64,000 nucleotides of DNA from Minutocellus sp. GHC0000111 (taxonomy: Eukaryota): NCBI GenBank assembly GCA_977018835.1, contig OZ361256.1:1116001-1180000 (forward strand), given 5' to 3'. Below the pieces are notes generated by a model that saw only the letters and a list, made by a program, of their open reading frames with translations, was not told where the DNA came from and searched no databases. Both the position numbers and the translations under genes were made by a program. Below are positions 23,774-35,631 of the stretch, one piece after another. How positions within the stretch are numbered: the first letter of the stretch is position 1; every line of letters begins with the position of its first letter.

Positions 23774-26700
23774 ATGGCCGCCGCCGCCGTCGGGTTCTTC
23801 GAGCGGCAAGAAAGGGCGGAAAGCAAAGTGGCGCACAAGACAAGGCCGCCGAAGATTTCCCCCTCTTCTACCGGACAAGGGAAAGTGTGGCATTGCGCAA
23901 GGATGGAGGAGATAGGGCACAGTCAACTGCAGGTGTCGCCATCTGACGTGTACACGACGTTTGGGTCAAAGCTACTAGAGCACACAAAGGCAAAGTTGTG
24001 GGAGACAGGAATGCACAATGGATCAACTGTGATGGCAAACATTCGTCTTCGCGGTGGCGTCTGCGTTCCACACACCGGCAATCTCAAGCGGAGGCAAAAT
24101 CAGGTAAATACCAATCACCCGATTCATGGCTTGGTTCCGAAAGAATACCCCCTGGTATTCAAAAAGAACCTACACTAGCTGATGATCACAGCCCCTTACC
24201 TAGGTACTGCTAGCACGCTAACTTTCAGTTTTAAAATTATTTTTTACACAATGAACAGGTATCAAAACAAGAAAAGCAGCGACTGAAAAATGCTAGACGA
24301 CACTTAGAACAAATTAAAAGGAAGGAGAGCATACCCAGGATGAACATAAAGCCACCGCATCATGACCGTCTTCGCGACTATGATGCTCTTCATGTGCAGC
24401 AGCTATGGGAAGACGCAATAGAGTTGGACGTTGATTTGAGTGCTTGCGATCCATATCGTGCACTGAACAATGACAAGTACAAAATCGCCATTGGGCAAGC
24501 CACCAAGGTAATATCGGCAGCGAGGAGGAAAAGAGACGCCCACTTCAGGAAGGAAGATATGTACGCAATTAATCGCCAAGCATTCCGAGCATCAACCTAT
24601 GCCGAACAGAAGGTACTCGAATCGCTCATGCGATTTGAATCGAGAATGATGCAACTTCACCATGATGTTTGCTCTTTGTGCAATGAGTGCAGCATTGATA
24701 TGACTGTAAACAAGAATAATGTCTGTCGAAGGTGTGCAAATAAACGGACGAAAAATGATTATACGAAAGAAAATGCCATGATCCCACTGTGGATTGATGA
24801 TGAGGGTAAGGAGCATCTAGAGGTTCCTCCGGAACTAGAATGCCTCACTATTGCCGAGAAATTATTGACCCAGCGCGTCTCACCGCTCGTGCCAATACAT
24901 CACATTAAAAATGGCAATCTTGGAATAAAGGGGCACGTTTGCTCCTTTATGCAAAATATCGAAGATCTAGCTTCGTCGCTCCCAAAATTACCTCAACAAG
25001 TCAAAGCAATACGGATGATTCGAACTCACGAAAATAGCGACGGTCTTCCGGTCACGACAATGTACACTGTGAATCGTCGTCGCGTCATGAATGCTCTCCT
25101 CTGGCTCGTAAAGCACCACTCTGATTATAGCAAGCCTACGAGAACGGTGAATTGACTATTGATGAAACAAATCTTGACTGGATGCCCGCCGGGATAGATG
25201 AGGCTGATCTCTTATCCGTTACTGACATAGTGCACACCGAAAAAAATGATAGTCTCGCTGATACCGAGGAGACTGGGGTGTCCAATTCCCAATGTATCGA
25301 TCCCCTGATGATTGATAATGATGAAGAGGAATGCTCAGGTTTCTCGTGTAAAGAGGCAACATCGCTCACCAACGAAAATCAAGAAGCAATGATAAATGCT
25401 TTGAAGGAGGCAGCAGGCGAGCAGAGCGACGTATCAAAGCTTGATTGGCCACAGACCAGCTATCCCGATGCCATTTCGGAATATTCCAATGTACGCATCT
25501 TCACGAATGCATTCCCTTGGCTTTTCCCGGGAGGAACAGGTGATTTCCGCGATCTTGACCGTGAATCAGACATGGACGTAGCAAATTGGGCACAACATCT
25601 TCTACGGCAGGCCGATGGAAGATTTCAGCGAGACAAGCTCTGGGGATTTTTTGTGTGTAACTACTGCCAAAGACATCGTAACAATTCTAGCGGAGGATAC
25701 TTCATCAACAATCACATCAGCGATCCGCCCAAATCTCTCGATGAATTGAAGGAACAGCTAAGGAAGGGCGACTCTTCCTTTGTTAGCAAACTCATTTTCT
25801 ACAGCATGCGAGTTCGTGGATCAGATTCATACTGGCGGTCAGAACGCTCAAAATTATACACATGGATTTCTCACCACATAGAAGCCAATCACGGAGCGCC
25901 AGACATATTCATGACCCTCTCCTGTGCGGAATATTTTTGGCCGGATGCAATACGGCTCCTAGAAGAACGCATGTGGATCGCGGAAGGGAGGAAAATCGTA
26001 AACGGAAATCGATGCTTTCGCGACGGACGGAAGATTGACCTCAGCAATAATAGGGTCGATCGAAACAGAGCCGTCAATGACTATGCCCTCGTAATTCAAC
26101 AATATTTCATCAAACGTGCAGAGAATTTCTTGAACACCGTCGGAAAGGAATTACTCGGCATAAAATATTATTGGGGTCGAATGGAATTTGCCAAAGGACG
26201 GGGGCAGATACACATCCATCTTCTTGGTATATTGGACAAGACCATGACAAGAGACCTCCAGGACCAGCTAAATGACGGAGGCAGAAGTCACGCCGATCAG
26301 GCCAAACTCGTTGGGGACTGGGCAGAACGGGTCTTCGGCATGACTTCATCCATCGACAGGAATAGCGAGTGAGTATATGTGCAAATTGAATCAAAAACCA
26401 ACATGATCAGACGCGACAAGGTCCCATGATCCCTCTTCCTCCTTTCTCGACAGGCCTGCTGACGAAAGCGGTAACATAGGAGCAAGCAAACAACGTCTCG
26501 GCGAGGTTTCCGACTATCGTAAGGACGAGGCTCGACTCTGTTTTGAATGCCAACATCATAAATGCGGGAGCTACTGCATGCGAAACCATCGTGCGAAGAA
26601 AAATAAAGAATCAGCAAATTCCCCTCCCAGCACACACGAGACGAATTCAAGCACCGCAAAACCAGATAAACGACGATATTGCCGTGCCGGAACAGGATAC

Positions 26701-29650
26701 GAGAAGACCCCAAATGCTTGCGATACACCAGGATTCCAATTACGTTCAGACCATGCCATCACCCGTGATGATCGTGATTTCCTGAAGCTCGAAATGAAGC
26801 GGAACAATCTTCGCATGATTCAGACCCCACTCAACGTTCTGAGAGGATGGCGTGGCAATTGTGATATCAAAGTGTTATTATACGACTGTCACGACAGCGA
26901 ACCAACGCCAGAGGACATAGCCGAAGTTACCGATTATGTTGTCGCTTGCGCATGCAAAGGTGCAAAGGAAACGAGACACTGGCCACCGAACGCGACACTA
27001 TTACAGCCATCGTCAATCGGTGAGTGCTGCGTTGGATGCAAATGTGCCAAAACGGGACCAATTCCATTTGAATACCCGCGAGTGTTCAAAAAGAATCTGA
27101 TCCCGCGTCTATTTCCGTTCATTGTGTCATTTTCACGCTGTAACGCGCGCATGCTCAATCCCCTGATTCGACTTCCAGTGCTGAGGAGGTATCAGGAAAT
27201 ATTGATGATGTAATCACATTGGCCAGGAAGCTGCTCAACAGAGCCGTGGTCAGTAGACTTGTGCCAAAACAAGAGTGCATGGTGGAGCTAGACAAGCTTC
27301 CCTTGATCCTGTGCACGGAGACCATCGAGTCAAAATTAGTTTGTCCGGGGTAGCTACAAGCTCACATCAGACACCCACAATGGACTGGTTGCCAAATACA
27401 AAAAAATAGCTGCCAAGAACCCTAACCTTTCGCTCAGTGACCTGTTCCAACAACAAATTGGCAGCAAGAACACTGAGAAAGCTGTCATTCCACATTGGAT
27501 AGGAGGGAGGGGGCAACCAACATTCCCAGTCACTAAGTAAGGAGGACTACATACATGCCAGAATGACGCTGCTAGTGCACAGGCCATGGAGAGCATCAAC
27601 ACCTCCCCGGCTAAGCAAAGAGCAATGGATCAAAGAGTTCAACAACTTTCTTTCTGACTCGTGCTGCCCCCAGTCAGTCAAGATTGCGTACGCCAGGGTG
27701 AGAGAGCGCAAAGTGAAGAAACACGCCACACAGTGAGAGCCAACAGCAGAAGATGAAGAATGCTATGACTACGAGGCTCACGGAGACATGGATGATGAAA
27801 CCAGAGACATTCTCAACTTGGTCAAAACCAATGCAGTCAGCAATGACCCAGGAGTGACCATTGGGGACTTCAAGTTTGACAGAGGGCTAAACTATGACTG
27901 GTCTCAGAGAGAATGTTCCCCCCCCCCTGCAAGAGACGCCATGCTTGAAGGGGGGTCCTGGCTAGAAGAAGCAGTCAGCTCAAAAGATGCAACAGAATGG
28001 ACACCTTTTACCACTGAAGTAGATGGAAAGCCCATGGCAATTGATGCGTCAATGGTGAAAAATGACCAGCAGGAGTTGCTTCTGACAGTGATGAGCAAGG
28101 TCAAGGAGTGGGGGTGGAGTGCGCCACCACTTCAAGTGATGTCAACAAAGCCAGGTCTTTCAAGCCACTCTACTTGATGGTGCAAGGCTGCGCAGGATCA
28201 GGCAAGAGCTTCTTCATTAAATGCTTGGTGAACACAGTGAGGGAGGTTTTAGGAGAGAAAAACGTCATCCATGTGGTTGGCCCCACCGGTGCAGCAGCAT
28301 GGTCAGCAGTGGGAGGACAGACAATGCACAGAAAGTTTGGAATAAACCCTCACTCTCCATCGTCTTTCCCTTCAGAAAAGCAAAGAAAAGAGACAATGAT
28401 GAAAGACAACAGAGTGGCAGTTGTTTACGTGCTTGATGAAAGGAGCATGTACACAGCAGCAGACAACCTTGGGGGGCTGCTGAGAGGAATCTTGCAGCAA
28501 CTGCTCATGGAGGAGGCCACGAAGGAGAGCTGTTCGGGGGGGGTGCCCATCTTTCTGCTTGTGGGGGGGATGACTACCAGCTGCCCCCACCAACAAACAC
28601 ACAAAAGGGAGCATTTGACACAGTTGGAGGGCAGCCTTCACACTCACAAAGGCAAACTGGAGTTGCTGCATCAGGAGCACAGCTTTTTCTCGACACATCT
28701 GAAAAGTGCATGGAACTCAAGACGATCAAGCGTCAAAAGTCAGATCAGGTTGAACTCGTCAGCATGCTGGGAAGAAGGCTTCGGTCAGGACACCCAACAC
28801 CACCAGCAGATGATGCAGACAAGCTAATGCAGTGCCACCTCACCAACTTTGGAAATGCAGAAGTGGAAGCCATCACAAGCACAGGAACAACCATGCATCT
28901 TTTTGCAAAAAAGGCGCCAAGGGATGCGTTCAACTACCAGAAGCTACAAAAGGTGTCCAGTTCAAGCAACCCAGTGGCCCTGGTGAAAACCAAGTGGGAG
29001 TCCACATCAGGGAAGGCAGCTGTCCGCAAGGCACACTTTCCAAACCCAACCAGCAAATGCAACAGTTCTTAGCAGAGGCGCCATGGTCTGCCTGGCAGAC
29101 CGAAACTTTGAACCAGAGTGTGGGGACTCTTCAACAACAACAGCGTGGGAGAGGTAGAAGAAATTATTTTCGAAGAAGGAAGAAATCCAAACACAGGAGA
29201 CCAACCATGCTACGTGGCAGTGAAGTTCCCTCAGTACAGCGGTCCGGTCTGGGACCCCCTGAAGCCAAAGGTAAAAGAACTAGATTCTTGATGAACACCG
29301 AGGGGTGTTCTTTTGGAAGCCAAGCCGTGAGTCAGGTCATTGGTTGTTTAACTGCACCAGTTTAACTCACACCCAACAACCTCCTGCCTTTCCCCCCTCA
29401 TGTGAAAAGGTCGTTCCAATTCCAATGACAGCCATGATGTGTGCAAAAACAAGTGCTGCTGCGCAAAGCCAGCCACTTACTGCCCACTCACACTGTCATT
29501 TGCAAAAACGTGCCACACATTCCAAGGACAGTCAGCAGGACCAGTGAGCCATGGCCAGCAACCAAATGCGGTGGACCGGGTGATTGTGGACCCAGGAGAC
29601 AAAGGAATGGAGGGAAAGAACCCAGGGCTGCTCTACATGGCAGGCAGTCT
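23774..29650 (+). mobile_element. Degenerate Helitron-type rolling-circle element: ubiquitin-like, Rep (HUH) and PIF1 helicase regions
   Basis: GHVCSF, AFPWLFPGGTGD, FMTLSCAE, YWGRMEFAKGRGQIHIHLL, CQHHKCGSYC; helicase QGCAGSGKS, PTGAAA, GGQTMH, TCHTFQGQS, LLYMA. Introns 24104-24258, 26369-26453, 27020-27178, 29271-29409. Frameshift near 25133 and many after 26960. True termini not identified. Confidence 0.9.
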
Positions 29651-30293
29651 CCTTAGACGTTCTTTTGCTGCATGGTGTTGCCACATCATTGCTAAACATG
29701 GATATCCTCAGCTGAGACCTCAGATTTTCCCTACTGATAAGGATTTTGAGACCTCAGGTCTCAAAGCAACATCCTTATAGGCGTGCATGGACTGTAGATC
29801 TATGTTGTGTTATTATTTTTATAATAAATGTAACTAACGTGGGGGGGTGGTGCCGACACTTGTAGATCTAGGCTCCAGCTCCAGATCAACATCGTACCAT
29901 TACAATCGGAGGGTAGGATGTCGCATAAGAGTGTCTAAAGTTAGCAGATGAGGACATAGAGGTCTAGCATTTATTGGAATGTTACATCTATCTTCAAGAG
30001 GTACCGGTAGGTACCGGGAAGAAGAGAGACAAAAACAAGCAGTCCCCTCGGCAAGGTTTCAGCCTTGGTCGGCGAAGTTCTAAAGTGTGTCAGATCTGCA
30101 CTGCGCGGATCGGAGTGCCGCAGAAATCCGAGCAAAATGGATCGGAACCTGGCAAATGGATCGGACCCACCTTTGATCCGCGAAAAGTGGTAGAGATTAT
30201 TCCATAACGTTGCCATTTGGCAAAAGCAAACCTACTGAGATAAACGCACTCTCATCTCTCGACCTGGACGTTGATCTCCACGAAGTGAGCACC

Positions 30294-32365
30294 ATGGCGG
30301 TGGCATCAAGATCAACCACGAACAGCAATATATGTACCCTCCATGCAAGACGACGCAGATCTCAGTCGACGCTCGCGACGTTCTACTCTTTGGGCTCAGT
30401 GCTACTTGTGAATGCCATCCTTCGTTCCATCCCTGTTTCGGTTGCAACTGATCTCGTCGTCGTAATTGATGCAAAGGATCGGGAGAAGCAGAACGAAAAG
30501 AATGCCAAGGACGACAAAAATAAGGACAAGAACGACAAGGCGCAGACGGTAGCCGACCTTCTCGGAATCTCGACACTTAGTCTGGATCACTGCATGGGTC
30601 ATTGCATGTCAGGGTCGGACTGCTCGGGCGATTTGAAGTGCATAAGTCCCGACGAAAAGGGAGACAAATTTGAGGAGATTCTAGAGAAGTTTGGCTGCGA
30701 GGGAGAGGCAGAGAAGGACACGTCATACTGCGTCGACTCATCGAAGAAGATCGTCCCGACCGCGGCCCCGACGAAGAAGGTTGACGCACCCACCCAGCGT
30801 CCAACGGCCGCGGCGAAGGAAGTACGAGAACAGTCCCGCCATTGGATGGAGCTGGTCAACACATCTCGTCGCCATGCCAAGCTCAAGGACGACGGAGAGA
30901 TTATCCGACGAGCCGCCATGGCAAGGGAACGCAACCCGTTCCGCTTCACAGACGCCCCAACGTCAAGCCCGACAACCTTGAGCCCAACCGAATCACCAAC
31001 ACTCTTCGAGGATCGAGAGGAATACCCGGTGAACAGCCCCCCCCCTGAATCCACCCGAGGATTACTTTGACTATTCCGTTGGACCTTCGAGAGACTCGGC
31101 CGTGTATTACATGAAAACTTTTAAAAGATGCTCGTGGACCAGCCGCATGGGGTTCATTGGGCGATGCCTCTTCAACTCGTGAGGGTCGATATTGGTCCCA
31201 ATTCGCCGAATACTTCAAGCCGGAAAAAGGTGGAGGACATGACATTGTGAGCAATGTCTGTGCTACCGGTACTCGCCAATCTCCCATCGATGTGACGCAT
31301 AAGCTGGCCCAATCGCAGTGCTTTGAATATCACGAAATTCGCCACCGAGCCGGAGACTTTGGCGTCTATCACCCCCTCGTGGAAAAGCAAATTCTTCCCA
31401 GCAAGCTGAGGTTGCATTACCCACGTGATTACTTCATGGACCCAGACCTTCCCTTTGGAGAGCAGCGTGGTGAATGGGGCGATAGGAACAAATTTGGCCC
31501 GAGCGCGGATCTTCCCAAGCGCTGGGGATATCAGTTGCCAGTTACGCACATTGACATCAAGATCCCTTCGGAGCATTATATGGAGGGCAAGCAATATTCC
31601 ATGGAATACCAAATTAATCTCATGCAGATGCGGGATGACCCCTACAAAGGTCGAGGTGCTGGCATTGTCAGTGTGCTATTTGATATTCATCCCGACGAGG
31701 AAGATAATGAAAAGATGGGGGAACTCATCGAAGCATTTGAGAATGTTTGGAACAAGGATAAGATGGAGTGTGAGGATTTCCAGACGAAGAAGAGACGGTT
31801 GGATGCCAAACTTTACAGTCTGGTCACCGAGAACGAAGAAGTTAAATTTCAATCCAAACTTCGTGCAGCGAGACGTCTGGCGGACGAGGACAAGGACTGG
31901 GACCCGTGGCACAAATCCATTTTGCGCCACCCCTGGTTTTATGGATATGAAGGCTCGCTGACTGAACCCCCCTGCTCCGAACTTGCGGAGTGGCGTATTA
32001 TGAGAGAACCGGCCTATATTTCCACCCAGCAGCTCAACCGCCTCAAGAATATTCTTTTCAATCATGTGGACAGTGAGTGCCGTCGCACTTCCGTCCATTC
32101 CAAGGAGAATGGAGTTGCCCGTCCCCTTCAGCGCCTCAATAATGATTTGTACACCGGCCACAACCTCTTCGAGTGTACGTGCTTGGATTTCTTATCGGAC
32201 GTGCAGAGAGAGGAACTCAAGCAGAATAAGTGTGCATTCTACGAACGAGAGGAATTCGGTTTTGATCCTGACACCTACACCAAGGAATGGAACGCTAAAA
32301 CCCATCAATATGACAGTGCAGAAGAATTTTGGGCCGCAACGGGCACTGAGCCTTGGTGGGCCTAG
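30294..32365 (+). pseudogene. Alpha-carbonic-anhydrase-like protein with N-terminal frustulin-like Cys domain; frame broken at 31037-31127
   Basis: RQSPIDV, PSEH, YEGSLTEPPCSE and ARPLQ; N-terminal CMGHC..SDCSGDLKC...GC...SYC. Three different frames around a C9 run and an AT-rich stretch, with no GT-AG intron that restores phase. Confidence 0.75.
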
Positions 32366-32480
32366 GCATCGGTAGTGATGCTGGATGTTATTTGCCAATA
32401 AGAGTACATCTACTAATAATTATCGATCGTGATGCGATAGAATCAATTTCATACATGTTTACAGTGCAATTCATAAATCT

Positions 32481-33561
32481 CTAGTAGACAGATAAAGCAG
32501 CTGACACAAATAGAAATACGTACAAGGATCCTAGTCCCCTGTTAAATGTTTCGGAAGTCCCGCTTGTACTACTCGGAGCATCGGTAGGTTCCACTTCTGG
32601 GGGATCAGTGACGGCATCACTGGTAGGGAAAGCGACAGGTGAAGCGACAGGAGCTGCAACAGGAGCTGCAACAGGAGCTGCAACAGGAGCTGCAACAGGA
32701 GCCGCAACAGGAGCCGCAACAGAGGGATTTCCTACAGAAGATGGGGCAGGAGCCATCCCAGCAGATGGTTCCGGTACGGTTGGAGGTTCCATTCCATCAT
32801 CGAACGACTTGCAACCTAATGTTTCCTCCTCGGCAGCGGCCTGAGGTTGGAAGGCGGAATATCCATTCTCCTTTTCGTTCGCACCGATTTCATATTCATT
32901 CATTGCCGTGTCTACAGAACGAACCATCGGGCTTATCAAGGGAAACCTCCAAGCTGTACGTATACTTGATAGGCTCGTAACAAATGTCCACCACAATTTG
33001 ATCTATCGTAGAGTACAGAAATGAATCAAGCAAAGCAACAGGAGAGTGAGCGAACGAGTATAGTACACATGCATTCCTCCACATTTTGAATCAATCAGGG
33101 GAGGAATCCGCAACTTACGACAAGTATCTTTCAGCGACGTTCCGGGAACAATCATCGATCCCCAGACTGACTCCACCGTCCCTACCGTCTCTTCTGGGTA
33201 GACACCAAGAGAATTAGTTATGGATCTGTAGACATTCCCCAGCATGATATCGTCGTGTCCGAGATATGTCCAATGGAAGTCGAATTGCACCGTCCGTAGA
33301 CACTCTACGAAATCTACAACAGAAGGAACTAGCTAGGATATCGTTGCAATCCGTTCCCTCTGGCGCATAGGTGGGCAAAGATGGATCCTTCGGGAACTGA
33401 GCCTCCGTCTCTCCATCGACCGCAAAGCACTTGATCGACAGTGAATTGGCGTAGGGAGTGGAGCATGGGCCCTGGGCATCAACAATTCCGACCAAGCACG
33501 ACGCAGCAACGATGAGGCCGATCGGGCATGCGACATTAGAACGGAAGGAATGAAGGGCCAT
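32481..33561 (-). pseudogene. Secreted, probably GPI/TM-anchored protein with Pro-Val-Ala-Ala linker; two +4 frameshifts
   Basis: Signal peptide, intron 33118-33003, hydrophobic C-terminus. Removing 4 nt at 33329-33336 (CTAGCTAG) and 4 nt at 32895-32902 (TTCATTCA) restores one ORF. Confidence 0.7.
32634..32721. repeat. 12-bp coding tandem repeat (ACAGGAGCTGCA-like) encoding (PVAA)n
   Basis: About 7 imperfect copies visible. Confidence 0.9.
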
Positions 33562-33944
33562 TGTTGAGGAATAAAGTCACATATAAATTGTTGCGGATCT
33601 TTGAGGAATGAAGTCACGTGCAAATTGATGCGGATCTTTGCCGATGCCAGGGAGTCCCAGGATACGATAGGCCTACCGAAAGTGAAAGTAGTGAACATTG
33701 AGATTCGAGAGTCTGCCCGTCGTTTCTGTTGGGTGCCGTAACCGGAAGTCATCAGGTGCCGCATTTCATTCCACGACCGCCCCATGCAACCCATGCAGGC
33801 CATTGCCACCTTCGCCTTTCACGAGGTAAAATTGTAATCAAGCCCAGACTACTTATGCCACAAGCACCGTCACCTCGGGTTAATTGGCTCACGCATCTTC
33901 TACCGCCATTCTACTCGTACGCGCTACTTTCACTGACCGCCATC

Positions 33945-34607
33945 ATGTCAACCACCCAAGCCTTCCAACTTCCTCCTCTCATCAAACTTGATGACAAAAG
34001 TTCTATACAGCAAAATCATTCCTTCACTTCTGATGCAAATTGGGTCATACCAGACATCCTCATGCAAGGGCGTCAACCATCCCTCGGCGCCAGATCATTG
34101 GCTGACAACATGCGCCAATTACGCGAAGATGCTTGTATTTCAACCTTCGTCTGCCTACAAGCCGAAGCGGCACCACAAAACACCGAAAATGCCAATGTCG
34201 TGATACTGGGCGGGGCCGTTTCTTCCAAAACCGACTACAGCTACGCGAAAGAGGCTGCCCAATTTGGCGCCTCGGCCCCAAAATTTGTTCACTTTGGCAT
34301 TCAAGATTTTTCGACTATCGAGAGCCTTGATGATCTGTGCCTGCTCTGCAATTATCTCGAACGACGCATCAGGGAGGGAGATGTATTATATGTGCATTGT
34401 TTTGGTGGCAAGGGAAGGGCTGGGTTGGTGTGTGCATGTCTTCTAGGCACGTTGTATTCTGAACTCTCGGCAAGTGAGGCTCTGCAGAGGATACAAGCAT
34501 ATGCCAGTACACGAAGTGGTGGAAAAAGACTTGTTTCTAGTCCTGAAACTCTGCAACAGGAGAATCAAGTTCGAGAATACTTTCGATTACTCGGAAGAAA
34601 TAGATAG
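33945..34607 (+). CDS. Dual-specificity/PTP-superfamily phosphatase
   Basis: YVHCFGGKGRAG (HCX5R), HFGIQDF acid loop, SPETLQQ. Confidence 0.88.
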   Translation: MSTTQAFQLPPLIKLDDKSSIQQNHSFTSDANWVIPDILMQGRQPSLGARSLADNMRQLREDACISTFVCLQAEAAPQNTENANVVILGGAVSSKTDYSYAKEAAQFGASAPKFVHFGIQDFSTIESLDDLCLLCNYLERRIREGDVLYVHCFGGKGRAGLVCACLLGTLYSELSASEALQRIQAYASTRSGGKRLVSSPETLQQENQVREYFRLLGRNR

Positions 34608-34729
34608 ATAGATAGAATTTCTACCAATGGCAATGCATCTTTGATTGCTCATGCTAGTATATTAGTATCATTCCGCCGCCTCATGTCATTTGGGTTGCAC
34701 TGCCATACATAACTCTAGGTATGTACGGA

Positions 34730-34805
34730 CAACGCCTTTTTCGGGCTCGTCAATTCAACGATGCTCACTTGAGCAAGGAAACGACGGGCCGTCATTCACC
34801 AAACC
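34730..34805 (-). promoter_or_regulatory. Candidate SECIS element in the 3' UTR of the ArsM-like gene
   Basis: Minus strand ATGAC-GGCCCGTCGTTTC...GAATTGACGAGCC-CGAA: AUGA/GA kink core (34795-34792 and 34743-34740), ~13-bp helix II, apical mini-stem TGCTC/GAGCA. About 100 nt past the stop. Confidence 0.7.
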
Positions 34806-34890
34806 ATGAAGCTGCTGAAACATAATAAATCCATTCGTCTGCTTCTTTTCCACAGACTGATCCTCCGTACTCTACTCAGAATATGCTGAT

Positions 34891-35631
34891 TTACTTCCTT
34901 GCTGTGATCTCGGCACCAATCACATAGTCTTCCGCGCCAGATCCAGGCAACCACTGAGATATCACAGCTCTAGACTCTTCCTTGAGCTTCACATTGACAT
35001 CGGTGAAACCTGCATCGATCAGGTATTGTTCAAGGCGCTCCGTTTCCGGGGCGCCCGTTACTCAGCAGGCCAGCGCCTCGGCAGTCTTGAGGCGCTTGGG
35101 GATGATCTTTTGGGGGCGAATTACCACATCGGAAACGGCTACCCTGCCGCCCTTCTTCAATATGCGGTAGATCTCTCGGAATACTTGGGGTTTATCCGGC
35201 GAGAGATTGATTACGCAGTTACTCACCACACAGTCCACGGTGTTGTCGGCAACAGGCAAATACTCAATTTCTCCCAGACGGAATTCCACATTGTTGGTCT
35301 TGCGATTGACGGCGTTCGATCTTGCCTTGTGGATCATGTCTGGAGTCATGTCTACACCAATCACTAAACCCTCATTGCCCACCTCGTCGGCTGCGAGGAA
35401 GCAATCGACGCCAGCCCCGCTCCCCAGATCCAACACGGTCTCGCCCTTGGCAACATTGGCAAAGCTCATGGGGTTGCCACAGCCCAGACCCAAATTGGCA
35501 TCCTTGCCTGCCTTGAGTATTTGCTCTGGCGTATAGCCCACCTTGGCGGGATCCACGCTGACACAACATCCTCCACTCTCATTGTTCACCGTCGCGGCGT
35601 ACGACTGCTGAACGAGACGGCGGACGTCATT
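34891..35631 (-). CDS. arsM: Arsenite methyltransferase (ArsM/AS3MT-like) selenoprotein; own start codon missing
   Basis: LGLGCGNP, VLDLGSGAGVD, SNCVINLSPDK. TGA at 35064-35062 in ALAC-U-VTGA; the frame continues with ArsM-like sequence (AGFTDV, ISQWLPGSGAEDYV) to TAA at 34893-34891. Confidence 0.9.

Noticed and set aside
31102..31127. 26-nt GT-AG mini-intron repairing the CA-like gene
   Set aside because: Splicing it gives the wrong frame.
32634..32721. CRISPR-like array
   Set aside because: Contiguous 12-bp coding repeats with no spacers, in a eukaryotic gene.
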